A DNA stretch of 64,000 nucleotides, from NCBI GenBank assembly GCA_030390025.1, contig CM059432.1, positions 127,720,001 to 127,784,000 on the forward strand, read 5' to 3'. Shown here one piece after another: positions 23,770 through 36,613 of the stretch. The DNA comes from Squalus acanthias. Its lineage: Eukaryota. The translations under genes were made by a program, and so were the position numbers. Within the stretch, counting starts at the first letter, position 1. Every line of letters starts with the position of its first letter. The notes beneath the pieces were generated by a model that was not told the DNA's origin, ran no database searches, and saw only the letters and a list, made by a program, of their open reading frames with translations.

Positions 23770-25842
23770 GTAACGGAACAATGGGTGATCTTTAAGGAGG
23801 AGATGTTCCAAGTACAGGCTAGGTAAATTCCAGCAAGGAATGGGTAAGGGAACCAAAGCAAGGGCTCCTTGGGTGACGAGGGAGATAGAGAAGATGATGA
23901 AACAAAAAAAAAAAAGAGGGTGTATGATGCATGTCAGGTGAATTCTTCAAGGGAGAACCAGACCTAATACAATAAGTTGAGCGGGGATGTGAAGATGAAA
24001 ATAAGATTGGCAAAGAGAGAATATGAGAGTAGAATGGCGGTTAACATGAAAGGGAACCCAAAAATCTTCTACCGGCATGTAAACAGTAAGTGGGTAGTAA
24101 GAGGCGGGGTGGGGCCTATGAGAGACAAAGAAGGTGATATATGCTTAGAGGCGCAGCGCAAAGCTAGAATACTCAATGAGTACTTTGTATCAGTGTTTAC
24201 TAAGGAGGTGGATGCTGACAAAATATTGGTAGAAGCAATGGAAGGGGTGAAAATTGATAGACAGGATGTACTAGAAAGGCTGGGTATGCTTAAAGTGGAC
24301 AAGTCGCCTGGTCCAGATGGCTTGCATCCCAGGTTGCTAAGGGAATTGGGGAGGAGATAGCGGAAGGGCTTGCCATAATTTTCCAATCTTCCCTAAAGGC
24401 GGGAAAGGTGCCTGAGGATTGGAACGTGGCAAATGTGACACCATTGTTCAAGAAAGGGTGCACGGGCAATCCTAGTAACCACAGGCCGGTCAGTTTAAAA
24501 CGGTGGTGGGTAAAGTTTTAGAAATAATCAAGGAAAAAATTAATGGGCATTTGGAGAGGTTTAAGTTAATTAAGGAGAGCCAACACGGGTTTGTAAAAGG
24601 AAGATCATGTTTGACTAATCCAATTGAATTTTTTGATGAAGTAACAGAGAGGATTGATGAAGGGAATGCAATGGATGTTGTCTACATGGATTTTCAGAAG
24701 GTGTTTGAACCACATAGAAGGCTGGTTAACAAAATTGAGGCTCATGAATAGGTGGGTCAGTGGCAGCTTGGATAAGGAATTGGCTTAAGGACAGAAAACA
24801 GCCAGTGGTAAATGGCTGTTTTTCACACTGGAGGATGGTAGACAGTGGTGTTATCCAAGGGTCAGTGCTGGGGCCACTGCTTTTTTTGATATATTGACCT
24901 GGATATTGGAATACAGAGTAGAATTTCTAAATTTGCCAATGACACCAAACTTGGGGGTGTGGCAAACAGTGATGATGATATCAATCGACTGCAACAGGAC
25001 ATAGAAAGGCTAGCAGAACGGGCAGACAAGTGGCTGATGGAATTTAATACAGAGAAGTGTGAGGTGATGCATTTTGGCAGAAGGAACAGGGAGAGGCAAT
25101 ATACACTGAATGGCACAGTTTTAAAGAGTGTGCAGGGACAGAGGGACCTGGGAGTTAATATGCATAGGTCCCTGAAGGTGGCAGGACATATTGAGAGAGT
25201 GGTTAGCAAAGCATATGGGATCTTGGGCTTCATAAATAGAGGTATTGAGTACAAAAGTAGAGAAGTTATGCTGAACCTTTACAAAGCGCTGGTCAGGCCA
25301 CAACTGGAGTATTGCGTCCAGTTCTGGTCACCACACTTTAGGAAGGATGTGAAGGCCCTGGAGAGGGTACGGAGGAGCTTTACCAGAATGGTTCTGGGGA
25401 TGGGGGATCTTAGCTACAAGGACAGGTTGGAGAAGCTGGATTTGTTTTCATTAGAGCAAAGGCGGTTGAGGGGTGATTTGATAGAGGTGTACAAGATAAT
25501 GACGGGTTTGAATAGGCTAGATGGGGAAAGGCTGTTCCCAGTAGTTGATGGCACAAGGACGAGGGAACACAGATTTATGGTTTTGGGCAAGAGATACAGG
25601 GGCGGATGTGAGAAAAAACTTTACACAGCGAGTGATGACGACCTGGAATTCGCTGCCAACGGAAGTGGTGGAAGCAGAGACTCAATATTTTCAAGGGGCG
25701 ACTGGATAGGCACCTGAGGGAAATAAACTTGCAGGGCTACGGGGATAGAGCGGGGGAATGGGACTGACTGGATTGCTCTACAGAGAGCTGGCACAGACTC
25801 AATGGGCTGAATGGCCTCCTTCTGTGTCGTTATGACTATGAC
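23770..25842 (+). mobile_element. CR1 LINE, 5'-truncated, frameshifted ORF2 reverse transcriptase and 3'UTR
   Basis: ORFs contain KSPGPDGLHPRLL, QHGFVKGRSCLTN..EFF, VYMDFQK, FNTEKCEVMHFG and LEYCVQFWSP; CR1 tail TGGGCTGAATGGCCTCCTTCTGTG. Confidence 0.95.
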
Positions 25843-26514
25843 CTTGGAGCCAACAACGGATTAGTAAATAGCTATAAAACTGAGACAAATTTGTGAATTA
25901 AGGGGATGTGGCACATGTTGATGTGGTGTCATAGCAACACAATGTCTTAAGAATATTTTTGTGGTTGCTGCAGCTTGTGGAACTGTGCCAATCACAGAAG
26001 GAGGTGAGATTTTAAACAGCGAGCACATTTAGTTAGACCTGTGCATGGAGAACACCCAATCTATGAATATATCTTGAGTTCTATACCACAGCCTACACTG
26101 TTCAGCCCACGGGTAGACTAAAATGTATTTAAATAGGTATTCTTCCCTCCAAGGCAATGATTTATTGCGGCAATAGGTTTTAAATGTTTGAACATAATGC
26201 ACATAATGGGCCTTCAAATCCAATTAATGCTGAAATATTTATGTCTTATTTTACTGTTGGGAAAATTTGAATTAGAAACTACTCCAGAGTTTAAGTGTGA
26301 ACAGCCTTTCCCCCCAAATAGACACTTTAATCACTTTGTGCAATTGCTATTCCCAGTTCAATAAATTAGAGTTGTATGTGCATCACACCAACTCTTGTAT
26401 TGATCCATTACTGAACATATGTTCCTGTGTATCTGTGGCACCCTGTTCTATTCCTATCCATCCCAAAATAGCCAACGGCAATACAATGGCTTCTCCTTAC
26501 ACTCACCTCCACAG

Positions 26515-28230
26515 TACCCCAAGGTTCTATCCTTGACCCCCTCCTATTCCTCAGCTACATGTTGCCACCTGGCAACATTATCTGTAGACGTGGGGTCAGC
26601 TTTCACATGAATGCCAACAAAACTCTCTCTCCATCACCACTAACTCTACCGCTACCACTGTGCCATCTGATCACTTGTCCAATGCAAGTCATGGATGCGT
26701 CATAACTTTCTCCAAGCAAGGCCAAAGCTAAAGCCACTTTTTCATTTTCTGCCAAACACTCTGTACCCTCGCCTCCAAATCCAAGGTTGAAACAAAGTGC
26801 ACAAGTTTGGTCCTGTTTGACTTTGAGCTGAGTTTCAAAGCCTATATTCTAACCATCACCAAGACCACTGACTAGTATCTCCACAACACTGCCCACTCCG
26901 CCTTTACTTCACCCACACCACTGCTGGAATCCTTATCCATACTTGCACTAGCTCCAGCCTCCACCTCTCCAATGCTATCCTTGCTCCCAATCTCCACCCT
27001 ACGTAAACTGTCATTTGTACAAAACTGCATTGCTGCATCCTGTCCCACACCAAGTCATAGAAACATAGAAGATAGGAGCGGGAGTAGGCCATTCGGCCCC
27101 TCTAGCCTGCCCCGCCATTCAATGCGATCATGGCTGATCATCCAAATTCAGTACCCTGTCCCTGCTTTCTCCCCACATCCCCCGATCCCCCCAGCCTCAA
27201 GAAACACATCCAACTCCTTCCCGAACACATTTAATGAATTGGCCTCAACCGCCTTCTGTGGTCGAGAATCCACAGGTTCACCACTCTCTGGGTGAAGAAA
27301 TTCCTCCCCATCTCAGTCCCAAATGGCTTACCCCTTATCCTTAGACTGTGATCCCTGGTTCTGGACGCCCTGACCATCGGGAACATCCTTCCTGCATCTA
27401 GTCTGTCCAGTCCTTTCAGAATTTTATAAGTTTCAATGAGATCCCCTCTCATTCTTCTAAACTCCAGCGAGTATAAGCCCAATCGACCCAATCACTCCTC
27501 ATACGTCATTCCTGCCATCCCAGGTATCAGCCTGGTGAATCTTCGCTGAACTCCTTCCATGGCAAGAACATCCTTCCTCAGATAAGGCGACCAAAACTGC
27601 ACACAGAACTCAAGGAGTGGTCTCACCAAGGCCCTGTACAACTGCAGCAAGACAGCCTTGCTCCTGTACTCAAACCCTCTCGCTACAAAGGCCAACATAC
27701 CATTGGGTGTAATGGAAGCAAATTTGTACCAGAACACGCGCATTAAGCCTTGGAGGGTGTAGTGGTAAATATCTAATGCAATGTAGTGGAGGTAATTGCT
27801 CATTTTTTTTTTTGAGGACTTCACATGAGCAATTTTTCATCTTGGTATTTCATCTTGGTCATCACATCAACCACCAGTGGCTCCTCATTCCAGTGCAGTG
27901 AATTCAAAATCCTTGTCCTCATTTAAAAATCCCTCCAGCCTTGCCCCAGTCACTACTGCAACCTTCAGCCCCATGTTCCAGCCTGCAGCGTCTCCAACAC
28001 AACACTTCACCTCTCTCCCCACCACCCCCCATCACGGTTGGTGCCTTCAGCCACCTTTACATTATTCCTTGGAACTCTCCGCCTTACGACCTCCCTCCCC
28101 ACCTTCAAAAGCCTTCTCACACCTTTGGTGACCACCAGTAACTCCTTTGTTACGCTCTACGCAGTATCAGCTTGTTCTGTGCAGATACTGGAGAGGCTCA
28201 CTACATTAAAATGTGTTTTGCTTGTTGCTG
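26515..28230 (+). mobile_element. Degraded L2 LINE split by a CR1 insertion
   Basis: SILxPLLFLxYMLP-like coding at 26520-26610; L2 3' region resumes at ~27850 (CAGTGGCTCC..., GGTGCCTTCAGCC). Confidence 0.65.
27056..27702 (-). mobile_element. CR1 LINE 3' portion
   Basis: ORFs contain NGMLAFVARGFEYRSK...LEFCVQFWSPYLRKD and LGLYSLEFRRMRGDLIETYKIL; CATAGAAACATAGAA tail. Confidence 0.92.
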
Positions 28231-28540
28231 AAAAATCTCAAGGATATCATTTGCTTGAATTTTACTTCTATTAGTTAAAAACAGCTAATATAAGACAGTT
28301 GAAAGACAAACGATATGAAGACATTGCCTATATGGAGCAATCCATGCATACACACTGTCCCATTGGTCACAGCTTAAATTCTGTCTAAGTAAAATTGTTT
28401 TACTAAACCAGCCTGGCCACCTCCTCAAAGAACTCAATCAACACCTAGCTTTCCAAAAGCCACACTTGATATCTCGAACAACTGGCAAACCCTCCAAGTA
28501 ATCATATCACAACACATTCCTACATTACAACAGTGACTAC

Positions 28541-28694
28541 CAATGTTCACTAATTTTTTTTTCCATACATGGTCCCTTTAACTGGCTGCGCAGCCCATTC
28601 AAATTTTCGCACATGCATGGTTTCTTCCATGCAAATGCCGGTGAGCGGCCTGCGCGGGACCTCCAGACCACTGTGCAGCTTAGCAGGAACGTTG
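28541..28694. mobile_element. 154-bp hAT-like MITE inserted into a Deu-SINE 3' fragment (~28515-28785)
   Basis: 8-bp TSD GTGACTAC at 28533-28540 and 28695-28702; termini CAATGTTC...GAACGTTG. Confidence 0.8.
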
Positions 28695-28947
28695 GTGACT
28701 ACACTTCAAAAGTACTTCATTGGCTGTAAAGCCCTTTGAGCCATCCTGAAGTCACGAAAGGCGCTATATAAATGCACGCCCTTATCACGCACAATACTTT
28801 CTGCTTCCGTCCTACCAAAGTCAAGCTCGCAAGCTTTAATTTCCAATGTTCCATTTCTTCCCTTTCTTAAACAACAAGACCATGAGCTACCCTCCAATCC
28901 ATGGGAACCTCAATGAACCATTGAATACGTGACCCAGTGGCTCATAT

Positions 28948-30062
28948 CACAACAACGTGTATTTATTTAGCGCCTTTAACATAGTAAAACGTCCCAAGGC
29001 GCTTCACAGGAGTATTAGAATACAAAAATTTGACACCAAGCCACTTAAGGAGAAATTAGGGCAGATGACCAAAAACCTTGGTCATCGAGCTAGGTTTTAA
29101 GGAGCATCTTAAAGGAGGAAAGAGAGGTAGAGAGGCGGAGAGGTTTAGGGAGGGAATTCCAGAGCTTGGGGCCGAGGCAACAGAAAGCATGGCCACTGAT
29201 GGTTGAGCGATTATAATCAGGGATGCTCAAGAGGGCAGAATTAGAGGAGCGCAGATATCTCGGGGGTGGGGGGGTTGTGGGGCTGGAGAAGATTACAGAG
29301 ATAGGGAGGGGCGAGGCCATGGAAGGATTTGAAAACAAGGATCAGAATTTTGAAATCGAGGCGTTGCTTAACCGGGATCCAATGGAGATCAGCGAGCACT
29401 GGGGTGATGGGTGAACGGGACTTGGTGCGAGTTAGGACACGGGCAGCCGAGTTTTGAATGACCTCAAGTTTACGTAGGGCAGAACGTGGGAGGCTAACCA
29501 GGAGTGCGTTGGAAGAGTCAAGTTTAGAGGCAACAAAGGCATGGATAAGGGTTTCAGCAGCGGATGAGCTGAGGCAGGAGTGGAGACGGGCGATGTTACG
29601 GAGGTGGAAGTAGGCAGTCTTGGTTATGCCACGGATGTGTGGTCAGAAGCTCATTTCAGGATCAAATATGACACCAAGGTTGCGAACAGTGTGGTTCAGC
29701 TTCAGACAGATGTTAGGGAGAGGGATGGAGTCAGTAGCTAGGGAACTGAGTTTGTGGCAGGGACCAAAAACAATGGCTTCGGTCTTCCCAATGGTAAATT
29801 GAAGAAAATTTCTGCTCATCCAGTACTAGATGTCGGACAAGCAGTCTGACAATTTAGAGACCATGGAGGGGTCGAGAGAAGCGATGGTGAGGTTGTGCTG
29901 GGTGTCGTCAGCGTACATGTGGAAACGGACGCCGTATTTTCGGATGATGTCACCAAAGGGCAGCATGTAGATGAGAAATAGGAGGGAGCCAAGGATAGAT
30001 CCTTGGGGGACACCAGAGGAAACTATGTGGGAGCGGGAAGCCATTGCAGGTGATTCTCTGGC
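28948..30062 (-). mobile_element. L2 LINE 3' portion (RT and tail)
   Basis: SGVPQGSILGSLLFLIYMLP...FHMYADDTQ and GPKLWNSLP...SFK.LLKT; (CAA)n tail. Confidence 0.93.
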
Positions 30063-30313
30063 TACGATCACCTCTCCCATTTCCTTGAACATGCTGGGGT
30101 AAATGGCATTGGGTCCAACAGCACCAGTATTATGCTCAATCTTAGCTAGGTCAAGATGAGCACTGCCTCTTGGGATTTCCTTTATGCATTGGTTATGAAA
30201 CAATCATCCATACATTTACCAACTCTGAACCTAAACCACTTGCATTTTCTCAATTTATAATTGGTTGAAGTCTCCCATTCTAAATAACTTCCTTTTTCTC
30301 ACACCCTTAACAC

Positions 30314-30551
30314 TGTGGCGGATCGCCACCCAAACAGTCATAATCCACTCTTCCGTCCGTGGACAAAATATCGAGCACCTTCCCTTTAAGGCACCTTACC
30401 TTTAAGGCAGGAGTGGGCGGGGCCTCGGTTTTTCCCAGAGAATTCTGGGAGCATTCTGGCAGCCATTTTTGTGGCATGCTGTTGATTAAAAAGTCTCTTG
30501 TTTAACACACATGGATTCAGCCTTAATTCGTGTTTCGCGACAGCCTCAACA
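30314..30551 (+). repeat. 5' LTR
   Basis: TGTGGCG...CTCAACA, direct repeat of 34395-34634; ATTAAA polyadenylation-like signal. Confidence 0.95.
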
Positions 30552-30552
30552 T

Positions 30553-30566
30553 TGGTGACCCCGACG
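30553..30566 (+). other. Primer binding site complementary to tRNA-Trp
   Basis: TGGTGACCCCGACG matches the first 14 nt of the canonical tRNA-Trp PBS (TGGTGACCCCGACGTGAT). Confidence 0.9.
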
Positions 30567-30591
30567 CTCAGAACGTATTCTGAGCACTGCA

Positions 30592-33500
30592 ATGGTGGAC
30601 ACGAACGCAGTTTCCGTGAAACTGCCGGAGTTTTGGGAAAACCAGCCCGAAGCCTGGTTTCTCCAAGCTGAATCGCGCTTCCGGCTGCAACGCATCACCA
30701 CAGATGGGACGAAGTACGACTATCTCGTCACATCACTCGGTAGCGCCACAGTTTCGAAGGTTTGGACAACGCTGCAGAACCCACCAGAGGAAGGCAAGTA
30801 CGCACATCTCAAGACAGCGCTCCTTAAAAAATTTACGGCCTCGGCATATCAGCGAAACTGCCACCTCCTCGACCTTACAGGCCTCGGTGATGCCTCACCG
30901 TCAGACCTCCTCTCCCTCACCAACGAGAGCCCACCCGGATCCCTCTTCCGCACGCTGTTCATCAGCCAGCTCCCTCTCAGCATCCGCCCAGCGATCGTGG
31001 CGTCCGGCCTCACGAACCTGGAAGCCCTGGCCGATGAGGCCGACAAGCTGTTGTCCGCTCACTCCAGCCGGGACGTCACTCCGGACCTGGCAGCCAATGC
31101 CTGGGCGCGCCCCTCACCGGCTAGCACACAGCCACGAGGGCCTGCCACCAGGCCCACGGGGCCTTAACGCCCCACTAACCCGGGCCACTGTTACTACCAC
31201 GCACGGTTCGGCGCCAGGGCACAACGGCGCACACCTCCCTGCTCTTTCAAGTCCGCCCCCGTACCAGCCCCCGCGATGGCCGTGGGCCACGCGGGCTCCC
31301 TGCTGTTCGTCACGGATGACAAAACCGGCCGCCGGTTCCTGTGCGACACTGGGGCTCAGCACAGCATCATCCCGGCCTCCTCCCTCGACATCCAAAAGGG
31401 CGAACGAAGACCGGCGCTGGCTGCTGCTAACGGCTCGGAAATCCGGACGTATGGCACCCGGACAGTCACCCTCGACCTCGCTAGTCACCGCTACCGATGG
31501 GAGTTCATCACTGCCAAGGTGCTCTCCCCCCTCATCGGCGCAGATTTCCTCTGCGCCCACGGCCTACTGGTAGACATCCCTCGTCACCGCCTCGTGGACA
31601 TGAACACCATGTTCCCCATCCTGGGCGCCATGGCCCCCCGTCAACCCACCGACATGGCGTCACAGTGCCACGCCCGGACCACGGATGACTACTCGGCACT
31701 CCTGGCCGAATTCCCGGCCCTTACCAATCCGACCTTCTCCGCGGAAGCCGCCAAACACGGGGTGGAACACTTCATCCCCACCACAGGCCCCCCCAGTGTA
31801 CGCCCACGCCCGCAGGCTGGACCCGGCCAAACTGAAGATCGCGCGGACCGAGTTTGCCACCATGGAACAGCTCGGCATCATCCGCCGCTCCAACAGTCCC
31901 TGGGCCTCCCCACTGCACATCGCCCCCAAACCAGGCGGAGGTGGCGCCCCTGCGGGGATTACCGCCGCCTCAATGACGCCACCACCCCTGATCGGTACCC
32001 CGTGCCGCACATTCAGGACTTCTCGGCTAGACTGGCCGGCCGCTCAGTCTTTTCCAAGGTCGACCTGGCGCGCGGCTACCACCAAGTCCCCGTCCACCCC
32101 GCGGACGTCCCCAAGACGGCCGTAATCACCCCCTTCAGTCTGTTCGAGTTCCTGCGGATGCCCTTCGGCCTCAAAAACACTGCCCAGGCATTCCAACGGC
32201 TCATGGACTCGGTCCTTCGGGACCTGAAGTTCCTGTTCGTCTACCTGGACGACATCCTGGTAGCCAGTTCATCCAAGCAGGCACACCTCGAACACCTTCG
32301 CATCCTGTTCGGGCGCCTCAGCGACCACGGGCTCATCCTCAGCCCAGCCAAATGCCAGTTCGGCCTGGACAAGATCGACTTCCTCGGCCACCACATCACC
32401 CATGCTGGGGCCATTCCCCTGCCCACCAAGGTGCAGGCCGTCCAACAATTTCCCCGCCCCACCACCATCAAAGGCCTCCAGGAGTTCCTCGGGATGGTGA
32501 ATTTCTATAACCGCTTCATCCCCAAAGCGGCGTCCCTCATGAGGCCCCTGTATGAAGCCCTCCGGGGCAGGAGCGGCAAGATGGCGGTCGAATGGACGGC
32601 AGATGCGTCCGCCGCCTTCGACTCCACCAAGACCGCGCTCGCCAACGCCACCCTGCTCACGCACCCACGGCCCAATGCCAGGGTAGCGCTCACCACGGAC
32701 GCCTCCGACCACGCGGTCGGCGCCGTGTATGAGCAGTGGGTCGACGGCGCCTGGCACCCACTTGCCTTCTTCAGCCGCCAACTACGCCCCCCGGAGGTCA
32801 AGTACAGCACCTTCGACCGCGAGCTCCTCGCGCTGTTCCTGGCGGTCCGCCATTTCCGGTTTTTGCTTGAGGGCCACCCCTTCACTGCGTTTGTCGACCA
32901 CAAGCCCGACATTCGCAATGTCAAAGACAACCGACCCCTGGTCCGCCAGGCAGCAGCGCCAGCTCGCGGCAATGTCCGAGTTCACCACGGACATCCAACA
33001 CGTCTCCGGCCAAGACAATGTGGTAGCCGACTGCCTCTCCCACCCCGCCATCCACGCCGCACACCTAGCAGTCGACTACGCTCAACTCGCAGCAGACCAG
33101 ATCACCGACCCTGATCTGCTCTCCGCACCCACCAACCTACCAGGGCTACGCCTGGCCGACCGCAGTCACGGTCAAGTGCGACATATCCCTATATCAACCT
33201 CGGCCCGTCGTCCCAGCGTCCTGGCGCCGCCGGGTATTCGACATTCTCTACAACCTCTCCCACCCCGGCGCCCGCGCATCCATCAAATTGGTAGCCAACC
33301 GCTTTGTCTGGTGTGGCCTTCGCAAGGATGTGCGTACTTGGGCCAACTCCTGCCTAGCCTGCCAACGGGCCAAGGTACAGCAACACACGAAAGCACCCCT
33401 CTAGGAGTTTACCGTCCCCTCGCGGAGATTCGACCACATCCACGTGGACATCGTCGGGCCCCTGCCGCCGTCACAAGGCCACACGCACTTGCTGACCATC

Positions 33501-34374
33501 ATTGACCGCACCACACGTTGGCCTGAGGCAATTCCACTGACCTCTACCACCACCGCCGACATCGCCAGAGCCTTCGTCAGCACCTGGGTCGCACGGTTCG
33601 GCGTCCCCTCCGACATGACGTCGGACAGAGGTCCGCAATTTACCTCTGAACTCTGGACCGCCGTCGCACGCAATCTCGGGGTGACCATTCACCGCACCAC
33701 AGCATACCACCCCCAAGCCAACGGTAAGTGTGAGCGGTTCCACAGATCCTTGAAGGCATCTCTTCGAGCCAGCCTCCAAGACGGCGCCTGGACCGACCGA
33801 CTTCCGTGGGTCCTCCTCGGCCTGCGCACCGCGGTTAAAGAAGACCTCCACGCATCGGCAGCAGAGCTCGTGTACGGTCAGCCGCTGCGCATACCCGGCG
33901 AGTTCCTGCCCACCACCACAACACCCTGGTCAGCCGACCAGCAACGCCACGACTTCGCCTCACCGGCGCTGCAGTTCGCCCCCGGTGCCCATCGCCCGAC
34001 ACGGCGAATCCACCTCACACGTCCCACGAAGCCTGCACCAGGCACCGTTTGTTTTCGTCCGGCACGACACCCACCGTGGACCCCTTCAACCCGCGTATGA
34101 CGGGCCCTACAAGGTGCTACAGGCTGGGGACAAATTTTTCACCCTGCAAGTGGGCGACAGGACCGAAAAAGTGTCGGTTGACCGACTCAAGCCAGCACAC
34201 TCGGAGCCCGGTGAGCAGGTCCCTGTAGCTCGTCCACCTCCACGCGGCCGACCTGCCCTCAAGCCGGTTCACCCGGCTGCTCCATGCCCGGCCGTTCCAC
34301 GTCCACCGGCGTCCTACAAGAGCCGCTCCGGCCGGCCCATCAGACCGCCGCACCGTCTCGTCCACACCTCCTAA
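30592..34374 (+). pseudogene. Disrupted gag-pol polyprotein
   Basis: Gag starts VSVKLPEFW...WF.QAE; CYYH-X9-(C>R)-X3-C box; protease LCDTGA; RT YLDD; RNase H TTDAS; integrase HVDIVGP...TSDRG...ERFH; GPY motif. In-frame TAA at 31165 and several frameshifts (~31795, ~31940, ~32905, ~33170, ~33985). Confidence 0.95.
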
Positions 34375-34394
34375 GCGGATTCTGGGGGGAGCTG

Positions 34395-34634
34395 TGTGGC
34401 GAATCGCCACCTAAACAGGCATAATCCACTCTTCCGTCCGTGGACAAAATATCGAGCACCTTCCCTTTACGGCACCATACCTTTAAGGCAGGAGTGGGCG
34501 GGGCCTCAGGGTTTTTCCCAGAGAATTCTGGGAGCATTCTGGCAGCCATTTTTGTGCCATGCTGTTGATTAAAAAGTCTCTTGTTTAACACACATGGATT
34601 CAGCCTGAATTCGTGTTTCGCGGCAGCCTCAACA
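34395..34634 (+). repeat. 3' LTR, preceded by the polypurine tract GGGGGGAG (34384-34391)
   Basis: Direct repeat of the 5' LTR, followed by TSD ACAC. Confidence 0.95.
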
Positions 34635-34869
34635 ACACTTCATATCCAAAACTGTCCTCTTTGTGTTGACCCGGTGGTCTGTAGCAACCCTTCTTGTTAG
34701 TTTGGATTTATTCATGAGATTTCTAATCAGAGTAGTTCCTTCTGTGGCTTTACCCCTCCCACTGGACCAACTCCATTTACTCCCCAGTTGTTCCTGACAT
34801 GTATGGCTATGCCACCTCCTTTTCTGGCCTTCTGAACATTCTTTCCCCCCCCCCCGAATAATACTTAAT

Positions 34870-35135
34870 TTCATGTCTCTGGGTTTGATATTCCCACCAC
34901 ATCAGTCTCCAGTTCGGTCAGCTTATTTCTAATACTTCTAGTGCTCATGTATAGACAGCTTAATGTAGATTTGTCTACTTTCATGTGTGTCACCTTTTTC
35001 CTCGTCTCCGTACATGCATATCTCTGAAGAGTTATTGTATCCATACCCACCTGTTGACTACCTTCCAACCTCCAATCTATTTCATCGGGGATCGAGTTAT
35101 CTCCTTGCAATCACCATTACCAATCTAGTTTAAAT
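34870..35135 (-). mobile_element. Degraded CR1 fragment around the ORF1/ORF2 junction
   Basis: Minus-strand LSCLYMSTRSIRNKLTELE...DVVGI resembles the N-terminus of the CR1 APE endonuclease (CLYxNARSxxNK). Confidence 0.55.
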
Positions 35136-36613
35136 GATCTTGATCTGCTTCTTGTAATCTTTCTGGTTTTCTTCACAATTGAACCTTATACATAGTGAAA
35201 TACCCAATGTTAATATCTCTACAAACACCCCTATTTAGCCATTTAGGCTTCACTTTACATCGAACACTTGTTTTTCCCTGTGTGATTTGCAAGCTTTCCT
35301 TGTCCTTCGACAGTGGCACCCAAAGCAAAAGCTACTGATTCACATGATATTTTCAACCCTTATGCCACTGATTTACAATACTGCAATACACAATTTATCT
35401 TCTGCTTTAATAAGTTGTCCTAGGATCAATACCACCACTGCGCAGCAGGACCTTTTCTCTGCTCATTTTCCAAGTGGGACTAGAATATCTTCCACATCAC
35501 TGAGCAAGGTTATAAATCACATCCTCATGGGCTAAGGCAGTATTGCTCACTCAACAGAAAATGCTTTGTAGAGCGTCCAGGACAAGTGCAAATAATGGAA
35601 CAAGAAGCTGTAAATATTGGATCTTATGGCTTGGCGTGATATGTACAGAGAAGTTTCAGAGTCTCAAAGCATCTTTTATCATTCTACACAGCTGATAATC
35701 TTACAGGATCTCTGCTATCACCCTTCACACCCCTTTCTTTCTCCACTCTCTCAAAAGTTCCCCATTCTCAACAGACACAAACTAATTAATTGTGGTCCAG
35801 AGAACTGCACTGCCACAAAAGTCCATTCCTAGGTTGCATCCTTCTTACACTTCAGGCTGGAAATGATTCGCCATGAGCTGGAAAACCACCTCCAATGCTC
35901 TGTCCAGCAGATCTCCTGTTCAGATTGATGCTCTCGCAATTTCTGTTAACAACTATTCTACATTAGGTGAGTTTGCTATGTTTGCTATGTCTAAGTCGTA
36001 CGATCTTGTGTTCCTTTCATGTGCCACCCTCAAACTTTCTGTCCTCCAAGGCATTAACAACTTGCTATCGCTATCACTCTCTGGTACTTTGTTAAATGTG
36101 CAAACTTCATCCACCAATATCGGCAGGCTATTCAATTGCAGGAGTCTGTAGATACTGAGGATAGGTTCAGATATGCACTCCCAGTAGAGGTCACTGGGAG
36201 TTTTCAGGAGTGGAAACCCTCAAGGATATCCCCCTCCTTAACCCAGGACACTCCAGCTGCCCGAGCCAAAAACAGAAACACGGACCAGTGATCAAGCATG
36301 GACTGGACTGGACAGCTCAATTACTCCCTAAATAAACTTGCTGAGTTATCATGGAGCTCAAGTAACGTCATTCAGAATATTATTTTAAAAGTCACATCTA
36401 GCATTAACTTCTAACAAATGGCAAATTTGAAAGTAACTTGTAGAACAGAGTTTTTCCCCACATAACGCGATTTCTTTCAATTCAAGCATTAGTCGACCGA
36501 CCAACATTAAATGAAAAAAATGAAGAACTAAACCTGAAGGACTGGGAAATGATTTATACTTCCTTTTACTCACAATGATGGCCTTCTATCCTAAGCATTA
36601 ATATAACTGCAAT

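Larger units (their letters stand above)
30314..34634 (+). mobile_element. Full-length Ty3/Gypsy LTR retrotransposon, CsRn1-like clade, frameshifted
   Basis: TG...CA LTRs 30314-30551 and 34395-34634 (about 8 substitutions plus a 2-nt indel); 4-bp TSD ACAC; PBS; PPT; domain order gag-PR-RT-RH-IN. Confidence 0.97.

Noticed and set aside
30704-33851. Overlapping and antisense ORFs within the Gypsy element as extra genes
   Set aside because: Expected by-products of high GC content and frameshifts; the meaningful segments are displaced parts of pol.
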